50,609 bases of DNA from an uncultured Fibrobacterota bacterium (GTDB taxonomy: Bacteria; Fibrobacterota; Chitinivibrionia; Chitinivibrionales; FEN-1185): positions 1 to 50,609 of the forward strand of contig CAVWBU010000020.1 in the NCBI GenBank assembly GCA_963753345.1, given 5' to 3'. Positions 19,068 through 29,563 of the stretch are shown one piece after another. Position 1 is the first letter of the stretch. Every line of letters begins with the position of its first letter. A program made the translations under genes and the position numbers. The notes under the pieces were generated by a model that did not search any database, was not told the origin of the DNA, and worked only from the letters and a program-made list of their open reading frames with translations.

Positions 19068-21560
19068 ATGAACAACTACAAAAATCGCCTCTCAGAATTG
19101 CGTGATGACATTTTTGTCCGGCAGCGCGCCCTGCCCGCGCTCAGGAGAGTACGCCTTTTTTCGGACGCCATGGATCGCTTGCTCACCGAGGCCTATTCGT
19201 CACACATGGAAGGAGGCGACATCGGCAAACAGGTGTGCCTTGTCGCGCTCGGAGGATACGGCAGGCAGGAACTGTGCCCCTATTCGGACATCGATCTGCT
19301 CGTTCTTCATTCGTCAAAGCTTGACAAAGAAAAGACCGCCTCGGCGGTGCGCTTCTTCTGGGACATGGGTTTAACGCTTGGATGCGTGGTCCGCAGCCTT
19401 GCGGAGTGCGGCAAGATTTTGGGAGAGGATTTCGCCACCGACACGGCGCTGCTGCAGGCGCGTTTCGTCGCGGGCGACCGACGGCTCTTTCAGCAGCTGG
19501 AAAACGCGGTTCTGTTCCCTTTTTTCGAACGGTCAAAAAGGCATTTCGTGAACGAAATGCACCGGATGATTCACAGCGGCATATTCTCCTCCGACAATAC
19601 GCTGTACAGGACCGAACCCGACCTCAAGAACGGCATCTGTGCGCTCCGCGACTGCCAGCGCATCCTGTGGGCCGAACGCATTATCGCCGGATCGCGCACC
19701 ATGACCGACCTTGTTCATTCTTCTCACTATGAACGCGACGACGTTCTCGCATTCGAAAAGGCGTACGAATTCCTTATGGCGCTCCGATGCGCGCTCCACA
19801 TGCTCTGCGGTCAACGCCTCGACGTCCTCGAAAGCGATCTCCAGGCCGGCGTTGCGGCTGCAATGGGGTTTGACGACGCCGGCGTCGGCGCGCTCATCGA
19901 GGCATTCTTCAAGACGGTGCGGACGGTAAAGTACTTCGCGATGTCCTTTCTGGAAAAGCGACGCCCCCGGAGCGGGCTGTGGGGATCGCTGCGTTCCTCC
20001 ATGAGCGCAGTGCAGGTAAGAAGCGGGGTCATTCTTCTGGATGGAATCTTCTTCCTGCAGAAGAACACCCTGCCGGCCGCCGGTCCGGACGCGCTGTGGA
20101 TCGTGGACATTTTCCGGCTTTCACAGGCATATCAGGCAACGCCCGGGGTGGAACTTCTCAACTTCATTCGCGCCGCGATGCAGCTGCTGGCGCCCCAGGA
20201 TTTCAGAAACCCCGCCGTGGACGGCCTTTTCCTCGAAATTCTCTCTCAGGAAAAGGACGCGGGCCGCGTTCTGGGCATCATGCACGAGACAGGAGTGCTC
20301 GCCGGCCTCATTCCGGCGTTCTCGTCACTCATTTGTAAAGTTGAATACGAAAGCAATCACGAATTCACCGTGGACCAGCATATTCTCCTTTCGCTGCAGG
20401 CGCTCGACGAACTCACCGCCGACCCTGCGCCGCACATCAGGCGTATCTTTGCGGCCCTGCCGAACAAGCGCCTGCTGCGGCTTGCCACCCTTCTTCACGA
20501 CATCGGCAAGGCCATGCCCGGCGACCATGTAAGCACAGGGACGATTATTGCCGAAGAAATGTGCGACAGGCTCGGCCTTACCGCCGAAGAAAAACGGCGC
20601 GCGTCAATGCTGGTATACAATCACCTGGAGCTTTCCACGCTCGCATTCGGCAGGGAGCTGGAAGAACACCTTGTGGCCGCGCTTGCCAAGCGGGTTGAAG
20701 ACCGGCAGAACCTCGACATGCTCTACTTACTTACGGTGGTCGACATCCGGCACGTGGGATACAAGACGTGGACCGCATGGCGCGCGAGCCTTCTGGAAGA
20801 CGCCTATGAGCGCGTTGCGGCGGCGCTTGATGCCCCTACGGTGTCGGCCGGGCCCGACCTTTCGTCGGACATCGGCATGAACTCGCCGTTTTACCTGCTG
20901 GACACGATTCCGGAGGAGCGCGAAAAGCACGCCCAGTGGCTCGAACAGCTTAACAAAGGCGAGTTCAGGATCGTCCTGGACACCTATGCCGGGTTCGACA
21001 GGCTCAGCGTTCTGTCGTTCGACCGGCTCGGCATATTCGCCGACATCACGGGATGCATTTCGTCCGAAGGGTACAGCATTCTTTCCGCGCGCGCCTATTC
21101 TGCGCCGTCGGGAAAGATCCTGGATATCTTCCACCTTGAACGCGACGGCGCCACAACCGTTTCGTCGGAGCTGCGCGTGGAGCACATCAATAGAAAATGG
21201 CGGCTCATCGAGAGTGGAGCGGCGACCGCGGAATCGCTCATCGCAGACCGCATAAGACTGTATCCGCCGAAAAAGGAACGCGGCATGACGCAGGACCCGA
21301 GCGTGCGCATCGACAATTCGCTGTCGAACACATTAACGGTGCTTGAAGTGGAAGCGCAGGACCGGTTCGGACTTCTTTTTCGTATTGCACGCTGCCTGAG
21401 CAGCCTTGGGGTCAACATCGTTTCGGCACGGCTTTCGACCCGGGTAGACCGCGCGGTGGACACGTTCTATGTGAATGGCAACAACGGCTCGAAGATCCTT
21501 GGCGCCGAGGGGATCGAAAGGATACGGGGCGGGCTTCTCGGAGCCATGGCCCGTGAATAA
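19068..21560 (+). CDS. glnD: Bifunctional P-II uridylyltransferase/uridylyl-removing enzyme
   Basis: [19 protein letters not shown] (NTase), [15 protein letters not shown]...LLHDIGK (HD), two C-terminal ACT domains (DRLGIF, DRFGLL). Confidence 0.92.
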   Translation: MNNYKNRLSELRDDIFVRQRALPALRRVRLFSDAMDRLLTEAYSSHMEGGDIGKQVCLVALGGYGRQELCPYSDIDLLVLHSSKLDKEKTASAVRFFWDMGLTLGCVVRSLAECGKILGEDFATDTALLQARFVAGDRRLFQQLENAVLFPFFERSKRHFVNEMHRMIHSGIFSSDNTLYRTEPDLKNGICALRDCQRILWAERIIAGSRTMTDLVHSSHYERDDVLAFEKAYEFLMALRCALHMLCGQRLDVLESDLQAGVAAAMGFDDAGVGALIEAFFKTVRTVKYFAMSFLEKRRPRSGLWGSLRSSMSAVQVRSGVILLDGIFFLQKNTLPAAGPDALWIVDIFRLSQAYQATPGVELLNFIRAAMQLLAPQDFRNPAVDGLFLEILSQEKDAGRVLGIMHETGVLAGLIPAFSSLICKVEYESNHEFTVDQHILLSLQALDELTADPAPHIRRIFAALPNKRLLRLATLLHDIGKAMPGDHVSTGTIIAEEMCDRLGLTAEEKRRASMLVYNHLELSTLAFGRELEEHLVAALAKRVEDRQNLDMLYLLTVVDIRHVGYKTWTAWRASLLEDAYERVAAALDAPTVSAGPDLSSDIGMNSPFYLLDTIPEEREKHAQWLEQLNKGEFRIVLDTYAGFDRLSVLSFDRLGIFADITGCISSEGYSILSARAYSAPSGKILDIFHLERDGATTVSSELRVEHINRKWRLIESGAATAESLIADRIRLYPPKKERGMTQDPSVRIDNSLSNTLTVLEVEAQDRFGLLFRIARCLSSLGVNIVSARLSTRVDRAVDTFYVNGNNGSKILGAEGIERIRGGLLGAMARE

Positions 21561-21578
21561 CGACTGCCCGCCTTTCCC

Positions 21579-21623
21579 GGAACAAAATTGTGCCGCAATT
21601 TCACCAGTGCACAAAATTGTTGA
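21579..21623. promoter_or_regulatory. Tandem candidate NtrC-like enhancer sites upstream of glnA
   Basis: ggaACAAAATTGTgcc and tgcACAAAATTGTtga, 29 bp apart and about 80-120 bp upstream of the -24 box. Confidence 0.6.
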
Positions 21624-21699
21624 AAAAAAACCTGACGGAGCCGCAGCCAATTTATATTTCTTCACCCCGCAATTCTGATCGAAGACGACGGGGACATGC

Positions 21700-21714
21700 T
21701 GGCACAGGAATTGC
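21700..21714 (+). promoter_or_regulatory. sigma54 (-24/-12) promoter for glnA
   Basis: TGGCAC-AGGAA-TTGC, perfect consensus. Confidence 0.87.
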
Positions 21715-21799
21715 GTTTTTTTGTTCAGACACTCAACAAGGAATAGGCAAATTCCTTTCTTTTCATGCCCACATCCTCAACCCTAAAGGAGGCCCTACA

Positions 21800-23245
21800 A
21801 TGGGAAGTCCGAAAACGTCGAAAGACATCCTGGCGATGCTCAAATCGGAGAAAATCGAAGTGGTGGACTTCAGGTTCATCGATTTTCTGGGAACGTGGCA
21901 GCATTTTGCCTATCCAACCACCGAAATTGACGACGATGCATTTGAAAAAGGTCTGGGATTCGACGCGTCCAGTATCCGCGGATGGCAGGCAATCAACGAA
22001 TCGGACATGCTCATCAAGCCGATACCGGAGACCGCGTTTATCGATCCCTTCTTTGCCGCAAAGACCCTTGTCCTCATCTGCGACATCCAAGACCCCGTCA
22101 CGGGCAAAGACTATTCACGCGACCCGCGCAACATCGCCCGCAAGGCCGAAAAGTTTCTCAAGGCTTCCGGCATCGGCGACACAGCATTCTTTGGACCCGA
22201 AGCGGAATTTTTCATCTTCGATGACATTCGCTTTGGCCAGGCAACCAACTACGGTTTCTACTACATCGATTCCGACGAAGGTATTTGGAACAGCGGTCGC
22301 CAGGAATGCGTCGACGGATGCGGCGTGTCGCACAACACCGGATACAAAATCCGTCACAAGGAAGGTTATTTCCCTGTTCCGCCCGCGGATTCACTCCAGG
22401 ACATCCGCTCCGAAATGATGCTCACGCTTATCAAAATGGGCGTGCGATGCGAAAAACAGCATCACGAAGTGGCAACCGCCGGGCAGTCCGAACTCGGCAT
22501 CAGGTTCGCCCCGCTCGTGGAATGCGCCGACGCTTTGCTCAAATACAAGTACGGCATCAAGCAGGTCGCCAAGAAATACGGCAAGACCGTTACGTTCATG
22601 CCCAAGCCCCTGTTTCAGGACAACGGCAGCGGCATGCACACGCACATTTCCATTTGGAAAGGCGGCAAGAACACGTTCGCGGGCGGCGAATATGCGGGAT
22701 TGTCAAAGACCGCGCTCTACGCCATCGGCGGGATCATCAAACATGCCCCGTCTCTCCTGGCGTTCTGCACGCCCACAACCAACAGCTTCCGCCGCCTGGT
22801 GCCGGGCTTCGAGGCGCCGGTAAACCTCGCTTACTCCAGTAGAAACCGGAGCGCCGCGATCCGCATTCCCATGTACTCGGAATCGGCCAACGCCAAGCGC
22901 CTCGAGTTCCGCTGTCCCGACCCGACGTGCAACCCGTACCTGGCCTTCCCGGCCATGCTCATGGCCTGCATGGACGGAATACAGAACAAGATCGACCCCG
23001 GTAAACCGCTCGACAAGGACATCTACGAGCTTCCGCCCGAGGAACTCGCCAAGGTCCCGCACACGCCCGGCTCACTCAAGGACGTGCTGGCTTCCCTGGA
23101 AAAAGATCACGAGTACCTGCTCAAGGGCGACGTGTTTACTCAGGATGTTGTCGACACCTGGATCGAATACAAGACCAAGACCGAGGTCAATCCTATGGCT
23201 CTGCGCCCGCATCCGTGGGAGTACCATTTGTATTTCGATGCATGA
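21800..23245 (+). CDS. glnA: Type I glutamine synthetase (GSI-beta)
   Basis: [33 protein letters not shown]...[17 protein letters not shown], adenylylation loop [14 protein letters not shown] aaggagg. Confidence 0.97.
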   Translation: MGSPKTSKDILAMLKSEKIEVVDFRFIDFLGTWQHFAYPTTEIDDDAFEKGLGFDASSIRGWQAINESDMLIKPIPETAFIDPFFAAKTLVLICDIQDPVTGKDYSRDPRNIARKAEKFLKASGIGDTAFFGPEAEFFIFDDIRFGQATNYGFYYIDSDEGIWNSGRQECVDGCGVSHNTGYKIRHKEGYFPVPPADSLQDIRSEMMLTLIKMGVRCEKQHHEVATAGQSELGIRFAPLVECADALLKYKYGIKQVAKKYGKTVTFMPKPLFQDNGSGMHTHISIWKGGKNTFAGGEYAGLSKTALYAIGGIIKHAPSLLAFCTPTTNSFRRLVPGFEAPVNLAYSSRNRSAAIRIPMYSESANAKRLEFRCPDPTCNPYLAFPAMLMACMDGIQNKIDPGKPLDKDIYELPPEELAKVPHTPGSLKDVLASLEKDHEYLLKGDVFTQDVVDTWIEYKTKTEVNPMALRPHPWEYHLYFDA

Positions 23246-23268
23246 TCCCAAAAGGATCGCATCTGTTG

Positions 23269-23301
23269 AAAAGCCCCAGCCGCAAGGTTGGGGCTTTTTT
23301 T
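23269..23301 (+). terminator. Intrinsic terminator after glnA (probably bidirectional)
   Basis: aaaagccccagcc-gcaa-ggttggggc followed by a T7 run. Confidence 0.88.
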
Positions 23302-23340
23302 ATGGATGCGATCGAGGCTGGCATGACGGATATGGATAAA

Positions 23341-25056
23341 TTAGCGCGGCACAAACGTTGCGAACATCATGCACGTTGCCATGCGAGAAGGCGCCTTCAG
23401 CAAGAACCTTCCATGGCTGTTCGATTCCGTGCTGTTGCTAAAAAGGAATCTTCCCTGGATGGAATACACCTTTACAGCCTTGGTATTTGCCGGCAACGTG
23501 ATGTACTGACCCGCCCCGCCGCCGTAAAGCAGAAAGCATCCTTTTCTGTCCGCAAACGCAGCATGCCCCGTGCTTGAGCTGGCAACTCCCGCACCCGCAG
23601 AATATTCAAATGCGCCTATGTCAGGTTTAGTTGTGCGCTGTCTGCCGAGTATGTCGTCGAGCGGCATGTTCGCCGCGTCGGCCGCGCCGATTGCGGCGCT
23701 CCCGGAAGCCGGACATCCGTAGGCCCACACCAGACGCTCGAATTCCTGGCGGATACTCGTGCTGCCGCTCGTAAACCGGCTGTTCGTTTCGTCCCACACC
23801 GGCAGCACCATGCCGGCCTGGTTCGTCGCAAGCAGCGGATCGGCGACGATTTTCTTTGCATCTGCGGACGGCAAAGGCGCTCCTGTTGACGGAAGCGCAT
23901 TCCCGTTGTTCCAGTACAGGTTGTTGGAGAGTGTTATCGATGCGACGTCAACGTCGCCGTAGGTGTTGACAAAGCGGGTGGTCATGGTGCCGGTCGGGTC
24001 GCACCAAATATTGTTGTAGACAAAAAATCCCGAGGCCTGCGGGTTGGTTCCTTCGGTCCCGATGCGAAACCCGTAGGAACCGCCCGGCAGATCACCCACA
24101 ATGGTGTTCGCCCTCACCGTGATGTTCTTGCATCCCTTGAGCTGGATGGGCGCAGCGAGCAGATGCGCGGAATTCCCGATCATCAGGTTGTTCTCGATGA
24201 GCGAATTGGTGATCATGTACTCCGGCATGTCGTCCTCGCCGAACTGCACTAACGCCTGGTCGGAAGCGCCGTCCCAGTTGAGAAAGACGTTTTTGTAAAC
24301 CCAGATGCGCGGGTTGCGCGCCGGCTTGTACGCCGCCGGCATCGAATCTTCCTGCACCTCGCGCTTGATCGTCATAAACGACTGCGCGAGCGGCGCGCTG
24401 CGCTCGAAAAAGATGTTCTCGTATATGTCAAGCTCGCCCGGCCGTACCGCGTCGATCAGGTCGGTGCCGCCGGCGCTCGGCCGGTCATAGAACACGTTTC
24501 CCCTTATGTGAATGTTGCGCGGATAGTACAGCGTGTCGCCGCGGTTGATCTTGAGGAGCTCGTTGCACCCGCCGGGCGCGTTGTTGCCGAACAGGATGTT
24601 GTTCTGAAACACGATGTCGCAGGCATCCTGGAAATGGACCAGGAAATTCGTCTCCCTGCCGTTTGGACATGTATAGGAGGGAGTCGCGTTTGAAACGACA
24701 AACCCTTCGATCCGAATTTTGGCAGAGCCGGGCGTGTAGACCGAGAAGGCTTCCCCGGCCTGACCGTTCTGAATGTTAGTAAGCTTTGCCTTGTACGCAT
24801 TTTCGGCCCGTATGGTCACCCAGTCGGAAAACGACCGTTCGATGTCCTTGCCGCCGTTGTACGTTCCGTTTACGACAAGGATGGTGTCCCCGCCGCTTGC
24901 CGACAGCTGCCCTGCGGCAAACCCTATCGTCGCCCACGGCTTTAGAGCGGAACCGTCGCCGCTGTTGTCGTTCCCAGCTGTCGCGACATGATAGGTGTTG
25001 GCAAGAGCAAGGCCTGCCACACTTAAAACGAGGATTGCGAGGCGTATTATTTCCAC
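23341..25056 (-). CDS. Secreted right-handed parallel beta-helix protein (pectin-lyase-like) with PDIGAFE motif and T9SS-like tail
   Basis: Signal peptide, YHVATAGNDNSGDGS..PWATI, NNxxxN repeats, DILGRQR...PDIGAFEY, VKVYSIQGR. Confidence 0.78.
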   Translation of the reverse strand: MEIIRLAILVLSVAGLALANTYHVATAGNDNSGDGSALKPWATIGFAAGQLSASGGDTILVVNGTYNGGKDIERSFSDWVTIRAENAYKAKLTNIQNGQAGEAFSVYTPGSAKIRIEGFVVSNATPSYTCPNGRETNFLVHFQDACDIVFQNNILFGNNAPGGCNELLKINRGDTLYYPRNIHIRGNVFYDRPSAGGTDLIDAVRPGELDIYENIFFERSAPLAQSFMTIKREVQEDSMPAAYKPARNPRIWVYKNVFLNWDGASDQALVQFGEDDMPEYMITNSLIENNLMIGNSAHLLAAPIQLKGCKNITVRANTIVGDLPGGSYGFRIGTEGTNPQASGFFVYNNIWCDPTGTMTTRFVNTYGDVDVASITLSNNLYWNNGNALPSTGAPLPSADAKKIVADPLLATNQAGMVLPVWDETNSRFTSGSTSIRQEFERLVWAYGCPASGSAAIGAADAANMPLDDILGRQRTTKPDIGAFEYSAGAGVASSSTGHAAFADRKGCFLLYGGGAGQYITLPANTKAVKVYSIQGRFLFSNSTESNSHGRFLLKAPSRMATCMMFATFVPR

Positions 25057-26514
25057 ATGATTTCCTTTATAACGATGCCGCCGCGATCCGGGGCCTTCAT
25101 CAAGTAAAGCCCTTGCCCGACTGTCTCCCCTTCGGCATGAGAAAGCGTCACCGCAACAATTCTTCCCCTCACATCAAAAACAGCCATTTTTCCCGACACA
25201 TGAATTGAACGATAGGGAGCTATTCGGTTAATAACGCTTCCCGCGCTCCCCTGCCATTCATACGCGCCGATGTCCCACGCAGCTCCGTAGGGCCTTGCAT
25301 TGCCTTCAATGTCCCTGGCGGGCGCATCCTTGGATGTTCCTTTGTCAATTGCGGGGCTGGCGTTCAGAAGATGAAAATTGCCGGCATCGGGATTCACGAA
25401 CAATTGCGCGGGCGTGGCGACAAGCGAGTGCTTGTCCTGGCCTGTGGACGCGCTCCAGGCGGCAAGCGTCATCACCGTGTTGTCGTCCGGCGTGAGCCTG
25501 TCCATCACGCCATTGTAATCGCTCGCAAGTCCCGGCAGGCTCGCGGAATCGAAATCGATGCTGCCGTGCCAGGAATGGTAATTGTAAAGAATGTTGTTGT
25601 ACAGAATGGTGCCGGTGGAACCGCTCTTGACGTTGACGCACCAGCGCGCATCGGAAGCTTCGATAATGGTGTTGTTCACCACGGTGTCGTTGATCGACGG
25701 TCCGCTCGCGTCGGTCTGATACAGCGAGATGCCGCTCGCGTGGTTGTTGTACAGAAGGTTGTTCTGGAAACGTGAGTTCTTCACGCCGTCGCAGTTGATG
25801 CCGGAACCTCCGGCCACGCCGTTGTCGTGAATGATGTTGTTCTCCACGAGCGCGTTGGAAATGATGCCGTCCCCGCCCATCGAGACGTCGCCGTTCATGT
25901 GGATGCCGTTGGCGTTGTTTGAGAATACGATGTTGCCGCGGATGATCGGGTTGTCCGCGCTGTTGCTGAAGTAAATGCCGTGCTGGACGACCGCGCGGGA
26001 ACAACTGTTATTCTCGATGAGGATGTTCTGGCTGAACCCGGTGATGAATGCCCCATGTGCCGCAGCTGTCGATGCTGTTGTTCCGGATCACCACGCCCGT
26101 GTCGGTCACCGCGCGTATGCCCGCGCGCGTGATGGTGCCCGCGTTCTTAACGGTAAATCCGTCAAGGATGATGTAACTCGCGCCTTCGAGATCGATGCCG
26201 TCCGCGGTCTTGCTGTTGCGGCTGTTGATGACCGCACCCTGCTGTGCAAGAAATACGATCGGCGATGCGGCGGTGCCGTTTTCCGGATTGTCCCATCCCA
26301 TTTCAAATCCAGCGTAGGTGCCGGGCTTTACCATCACCGTGTCACCGGGGCCCACGTTGTCCGCCGCGTACTGAAGGGTTTTCCATGGTGCGGCAGAGGT
26401 ACCGGCAGAGTTGTCCAGACCGGCAGTTCCGTCAACGTACCTTGTTCGAGCATTGGCCGGGATGAAACCACCAACAACGCAAAGGAAACAAATCACAAAG
26501 GAAGTCTTTTTCAT
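25047..26514 (-). CDS. Secreted right-handed beta-helix protein; one apparent frameshift at ~26047
   Basis: Signal peptide MKKTSF, YVDG...PWKTLQYAA...PGDTVMVKPGTY; after the shift ITGFSQNILIENN...HGIYFSNSADNP joins ORF 25047..25898 (SPAIDKG, WDIGAYE, VFDVRGR). Confidence 0.78.
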
Positions 26515-26551
26515 GAATGATCCTTTCCCTGTCAAAGGTCGGAAGCCAACA

Positions 26552-26576
26552 AACTGTCAACTGTTAACTGTCAACT
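26552..26576 (-). repeat. Short tandem heptamer repeat (GTTGACA-like)
   Basis: aactgtc aactgtt aactgtc aact just downstream of the stop at 26580. Confidence 0.6.
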
Positions 26577-26579
26577 CTT

Positions 26580-28094
26580 TTATTGTGTTATTATCCCCCT
26601 CATCTTCACCACCTCAAAGTCGCTTCCCACTATCTGTTTGAGCGTATTCAGCTCGTCGTCGTCAAACCTGCTGTCCGGCGCGCCCGACACATACCAGTTG
26701 GAGCCGTTGTCGGCCATGATCATGCCGTAGGTCTTGAGCGCCTTGAGGATCACCTGCATGTTTGCCGAATAGCCGGAAATGTCAACGCTCGCCTTGAGCC
26801 TTACACGCATGCCCATGGGCGGAAGTGTATCTGCGGTCTTGCTGCTCGCGTAGTGCGTGGCGGGCGGGATGTAGGCGTGCCGCGAATTAACAACCGTGAA
26901 CCGCACCGCGTGCAGTATCTGCTTCTGTTCCACCACCTCGTCATAGCGCACCAGACCGGGGAATATGGGCAGCCCGGCAGCATCGGCCGAGGTCCAGCCG
27001 GCCTGACGCAGCGAGTCGGAATCCAGTTTGAAAATCGCACCCGACCCCGCCGTCCAACCGGTTCCAGGCGGATATGCGGCATACAGCTCGTACAGGATCC
27101 AGTTGTCTCTGTCAACCATGAGAATGTGCCGGTCGCCGGTCGAGCTTGGTCCGCCCTCAATCGGCGCGTTCGCGGGAATGGGATACGGCCCCGGATCGCT
27201 TTCGTCGGCATAGTCGAACGTCACGTTGACTTTGGGCGTTTTCGCGGTCACCACAACGTACGGAATGCCGCAAACGCCGCCGTTGTACTGGCCGCAGAAG
27301 TCCGGGTGCAGCGGAACATTAAGCCCTATGCCTGCGATAATCTTGTCGGAAAGCGGGTCCACCGTGTCCTTGTCGATCGGTGTGTTCCACGGATTGTCGT
27401 CAGGAAACGGCCGCACGCCGTGGAAACTGGCGCCGATACCCGTGTCGATGAGCGAAGTTATGATGAGGTTGATGTTTGACTGGGCGTATGAATTTATTCC
27501 CTGTGTCAATGGTTTGTATCTCACGACATTTACTTTAAGGGAATCGGCAGCGGCCGACAATTTCATAAGAGAAGTCGCTGGCGGTGTGGCAGATGCCGAT
27601 GAAACCGCAGGGCCACAATGGAGATCAATGGTTCGAAACTGGTACGTCATGGAACCGATATTAATCCTCAACAGTTTTAATCCGGCTGAATTTTCTTTTT
27701 GAATATCTATTGAATGACTGCCAGCACCGAATTCCCGGTCAACAACCGTATTCAACAATACTCCTCTGCTGTTGAAAACCGAGAGTACTACGCGTGTCGC
27801 CTTTTCAAGCACGAGTTTCACAGCGCCGTTGCTTATCATTATCATGTTTGACGAAGCACGGCCGATCACGGACACTACTCCTGCATTTCCCGTAATTGAA
27901 AATGCGCCGTTCGCATCGGTGGTGTCCTTCAGACCGCCGTTCTGCAACGCCACCACCGCGCCCTTGACCGCCACCTGGTCGGTGTTGAAGACCGTGCCGG
28001 AAAGGGAAACGGACTGGGCGCGGGACGTAGAGAATACCATGAGAAGGAAAATTGCGGCAGTTACGAAACAAGGTCTGTAATATTCTGTTTTCAT
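26580..28094 (-). CDS. Secreted modular protein: carboxypeptidase-regulatory-like domain, FlgD/CTD-like domain, conserved C-terminal domain of unknown function
   Basis: Signal peptide; SLSGTVFN...DTTDANGAFSI; LSVFNSRG...FGAGSHSI; C-terminal RPFPDDNPWN, DESDPGPYPIP, GDRH, WTSADAAGLP, YGMIMADNGS. Confidence 0.7.
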   Translation of the reverse strand: MKTEYYRPCFVTAAIFLLMVFSTSRAQSVSLSGTVFNTDQVAVKGAVVALQNGGLKDTTDANGAFSITGNAGVVSVIGRASSNMIMISNGAVKLVLEKATRVVLSVFNSRGVLLNTVVDREFGAGSHSIDIQKENSAGLKLLRINIGSMTYQFRTIDLHCGPAVSSASATPPATSLMKLSAAADSLKVNVVRYKPLTQGINSYAQSNINLIITSLIDTGIGASFHGVRPFPDDNPWNTPIDKDTVDPLSDKIIAGIGLNVPLHPDFCGQYNGGVCGIPYVVVTAKTPKVNVTFDYADESDPGPYPIPANAPIEGGPSSTGDRHILMVDRDNWILYELYAAYPPGTGWTAGSGAIFKLDSDSLRQAGWTSADAAGLPIFPGLVRYDEVVEQKQILHAVRFTVVNSRHAYIPPATHYASSKTADTLPPMGMRVRLKASVDISGYSANMQVILKALKTYGMIMADNGSNWYVSGAPDSRFDDDELNTLKQIVGSDFEVVKMRGIITQ

Positions 28095-28409
28095 GTGATC
28101 AGACCATCCTTTCTTCAGATACCCGAAAAGGTGGATATAGCCTGCAAAGCAGCCAGTACCGAAGTCCCTCTCAATTGTATAATTTATGATGCCCGAAAGT
28201 ACATAGTTGTCCAGTCCGTTCCGGGTGGATGTAATTGGTAAACCAAACCGTGTTGTGTTCTTTCAACTTTTTCCCGGTTTATTTTCAACTAAGTGACGGG
28301 CCGTCTCCAGGTTAGCTGACAGTTGCGAAAAATGCCGGTTAGAATTCCCGATGATTCAGGATGGCCCAACAATATACCTTGATCTCGGAAAAACTGAGCG
28401 TTCCGAAGT

Positions 28410-29375
28410 TTAAAACGAGGTGAGGATCCTGGCAAGATCGAGCAGTCCCAACCCGCTGGGGTATTTGAGCAGGTACGAGGGCTCTGCGACCGAGGCGTGG
28501 AATTTTTTTCTGAAGTGGTACAGTTTGTGGAGATTGAAGGTGTTGTTCGCAAACCACATTCCAACATTGGCGACAACACGGGACGGACCCGAAAGCGCGC
28601 TCACGTCGAGCTTGGGGGAAATGCCGAAGGTGAGGATACCGCCGCCGTGCCGTTTGAGTTCGTCGACAACGGCCAGGGTGATGAGCTCGATGACGCCGTA
28701 CGGCGCGCCCGGGTCGCGGATGACGTCTTCCAGGAGGAACCCGTCGCGCGCGTAAATGGGAAGGCAGCTGATGAAAGCCACGGGAGTCCCGCCCACCTCG
28801 GCATAGAAATACCGTTTGAGTTCCCGGTGCTCGAACAGACTAAGACTGAGAATGTGCGCCTTGAACCGGTTGGTCTTTTTGAGCCAGCGCACGGATATTT
28901 CCTCGAATTTCTTTTCGAGCGCAGGGTCGGCGCCATGGGCGTGATCGTATTCCTTTACAACCGCTCCTGCCCTCAGCGCGTGATTTCGCGCAAGCCGGAT
29001 CATCTTGTTCTTGTCGCCCCTGGGCGCGTAGGTGGTGGTATCGAAGATGAAATCTTCGCCGATGCGGATGGAACTGAACCCGAGGTCTTCAACGTCGTTC
29101 TTGAATTTTTCGCCGCAGCAGATAAATATGAATTGGTTTCCGTTCTTTTTGCAGAACGCGATGAACTCGCTCACAGAAGCCCGGTAGTCTTTGGGATCGC
29201 ACACCGGCTCGCCGAACACGACGAGCAGCTTGCGGCCGTTGCGATATCCTATGAACCCCTCGCAGGAGGCAAGCGGAAATGACCTGACGTCGTCGTAGAG
29301 CAAAAGTGTCGAAAAAGAGTTGCTTCCGTAATTTTTGACATGGGCGAGCCTGGACGGGAAATCTGGAACAGTCAT
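28410..29375 (-). CDS. Stand-alone aminoacyl-phosphatidylglycerol synthase (MprF C-terminal/DUF2156) aminoacyl-tRNA-dependent transferase domain
   Basis: VVFGEPVC, RIGEDFIFD, AFISCLP, LEDVIRDPGAPYGVIELI, LYHFRKKF...EPSYL; no transmembrane flippase region. Confidence 0.8.
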   Translation of the reverse strand: MTVPDFPSRLAHVKNYGSNSFSTLLLYDDVRSFPLASCEGFIGYRNGRKLLVVFGEPVCDPKDYRASVSEFIAFCKKNGNQFIFICCGEKFKNDVEDLGFSSIRIGEDFIFDTTTYAPRGDKNKMIRLARNHALRAGAVVKEYDHAHGADPALEKKFEEISVRWLKKTNRFKAHILSLSLFEHRELKRYFYAEVGGTPVAFISCLPIYARDGFLLEDVIRDPGAPYGVIELITLAVVDELKRHGGGILTFGISPKLDVSALSGPSRVVANVGMWFANNTFNLHKLYHFRKKFHASVAEPSYLLKYPSGLGLLDLARILTSF

Positions 29376-29478
29376 GCGATGTGGGCTCTTTCGGGCAGAG
29401 GGATTGCACTAAACTGACAGGCATAAAAATAATATAATGGCCTCAGCGGGGTGAAGATTCGTATATTTACTGGTCTTT

Positions 29479-29551
29479 GAGCTGCTAGCTTAAGTGGTAG
29501 AGCACGACATTCTTTCTGTCGGAGATCGGGGTTCGAATCCTTGGCGGCTCA
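29479..29551 (+). tRNA. Atypical tRNA-Lys(CTT)-like gene
   Basis: Full cloverleaf: acceptor GAGCTGC/GCGGCTC, D arm GCTT-AAGTGGTA-GAGC, anticodon stem CGACA/TGTCG with loop TTCTTTC (CTT at 29512-29514), variable loop GAGAT, T arm CGGGG-TTCGAAT-CCTTG, discriminator A; CCA not encoded. Confidence 0.8.
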
Positions 29552-29563
29552 CTTTCCCTCTCC

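Noticed and set aside
29479-29551. Atypical tRNA as a prophage or island att remnant
   Set aside because: It is a full-length cloverleaf rather than a 3' fragment, and there is no integrase or duplicate copy in the window; pseudogene status is still not excluded
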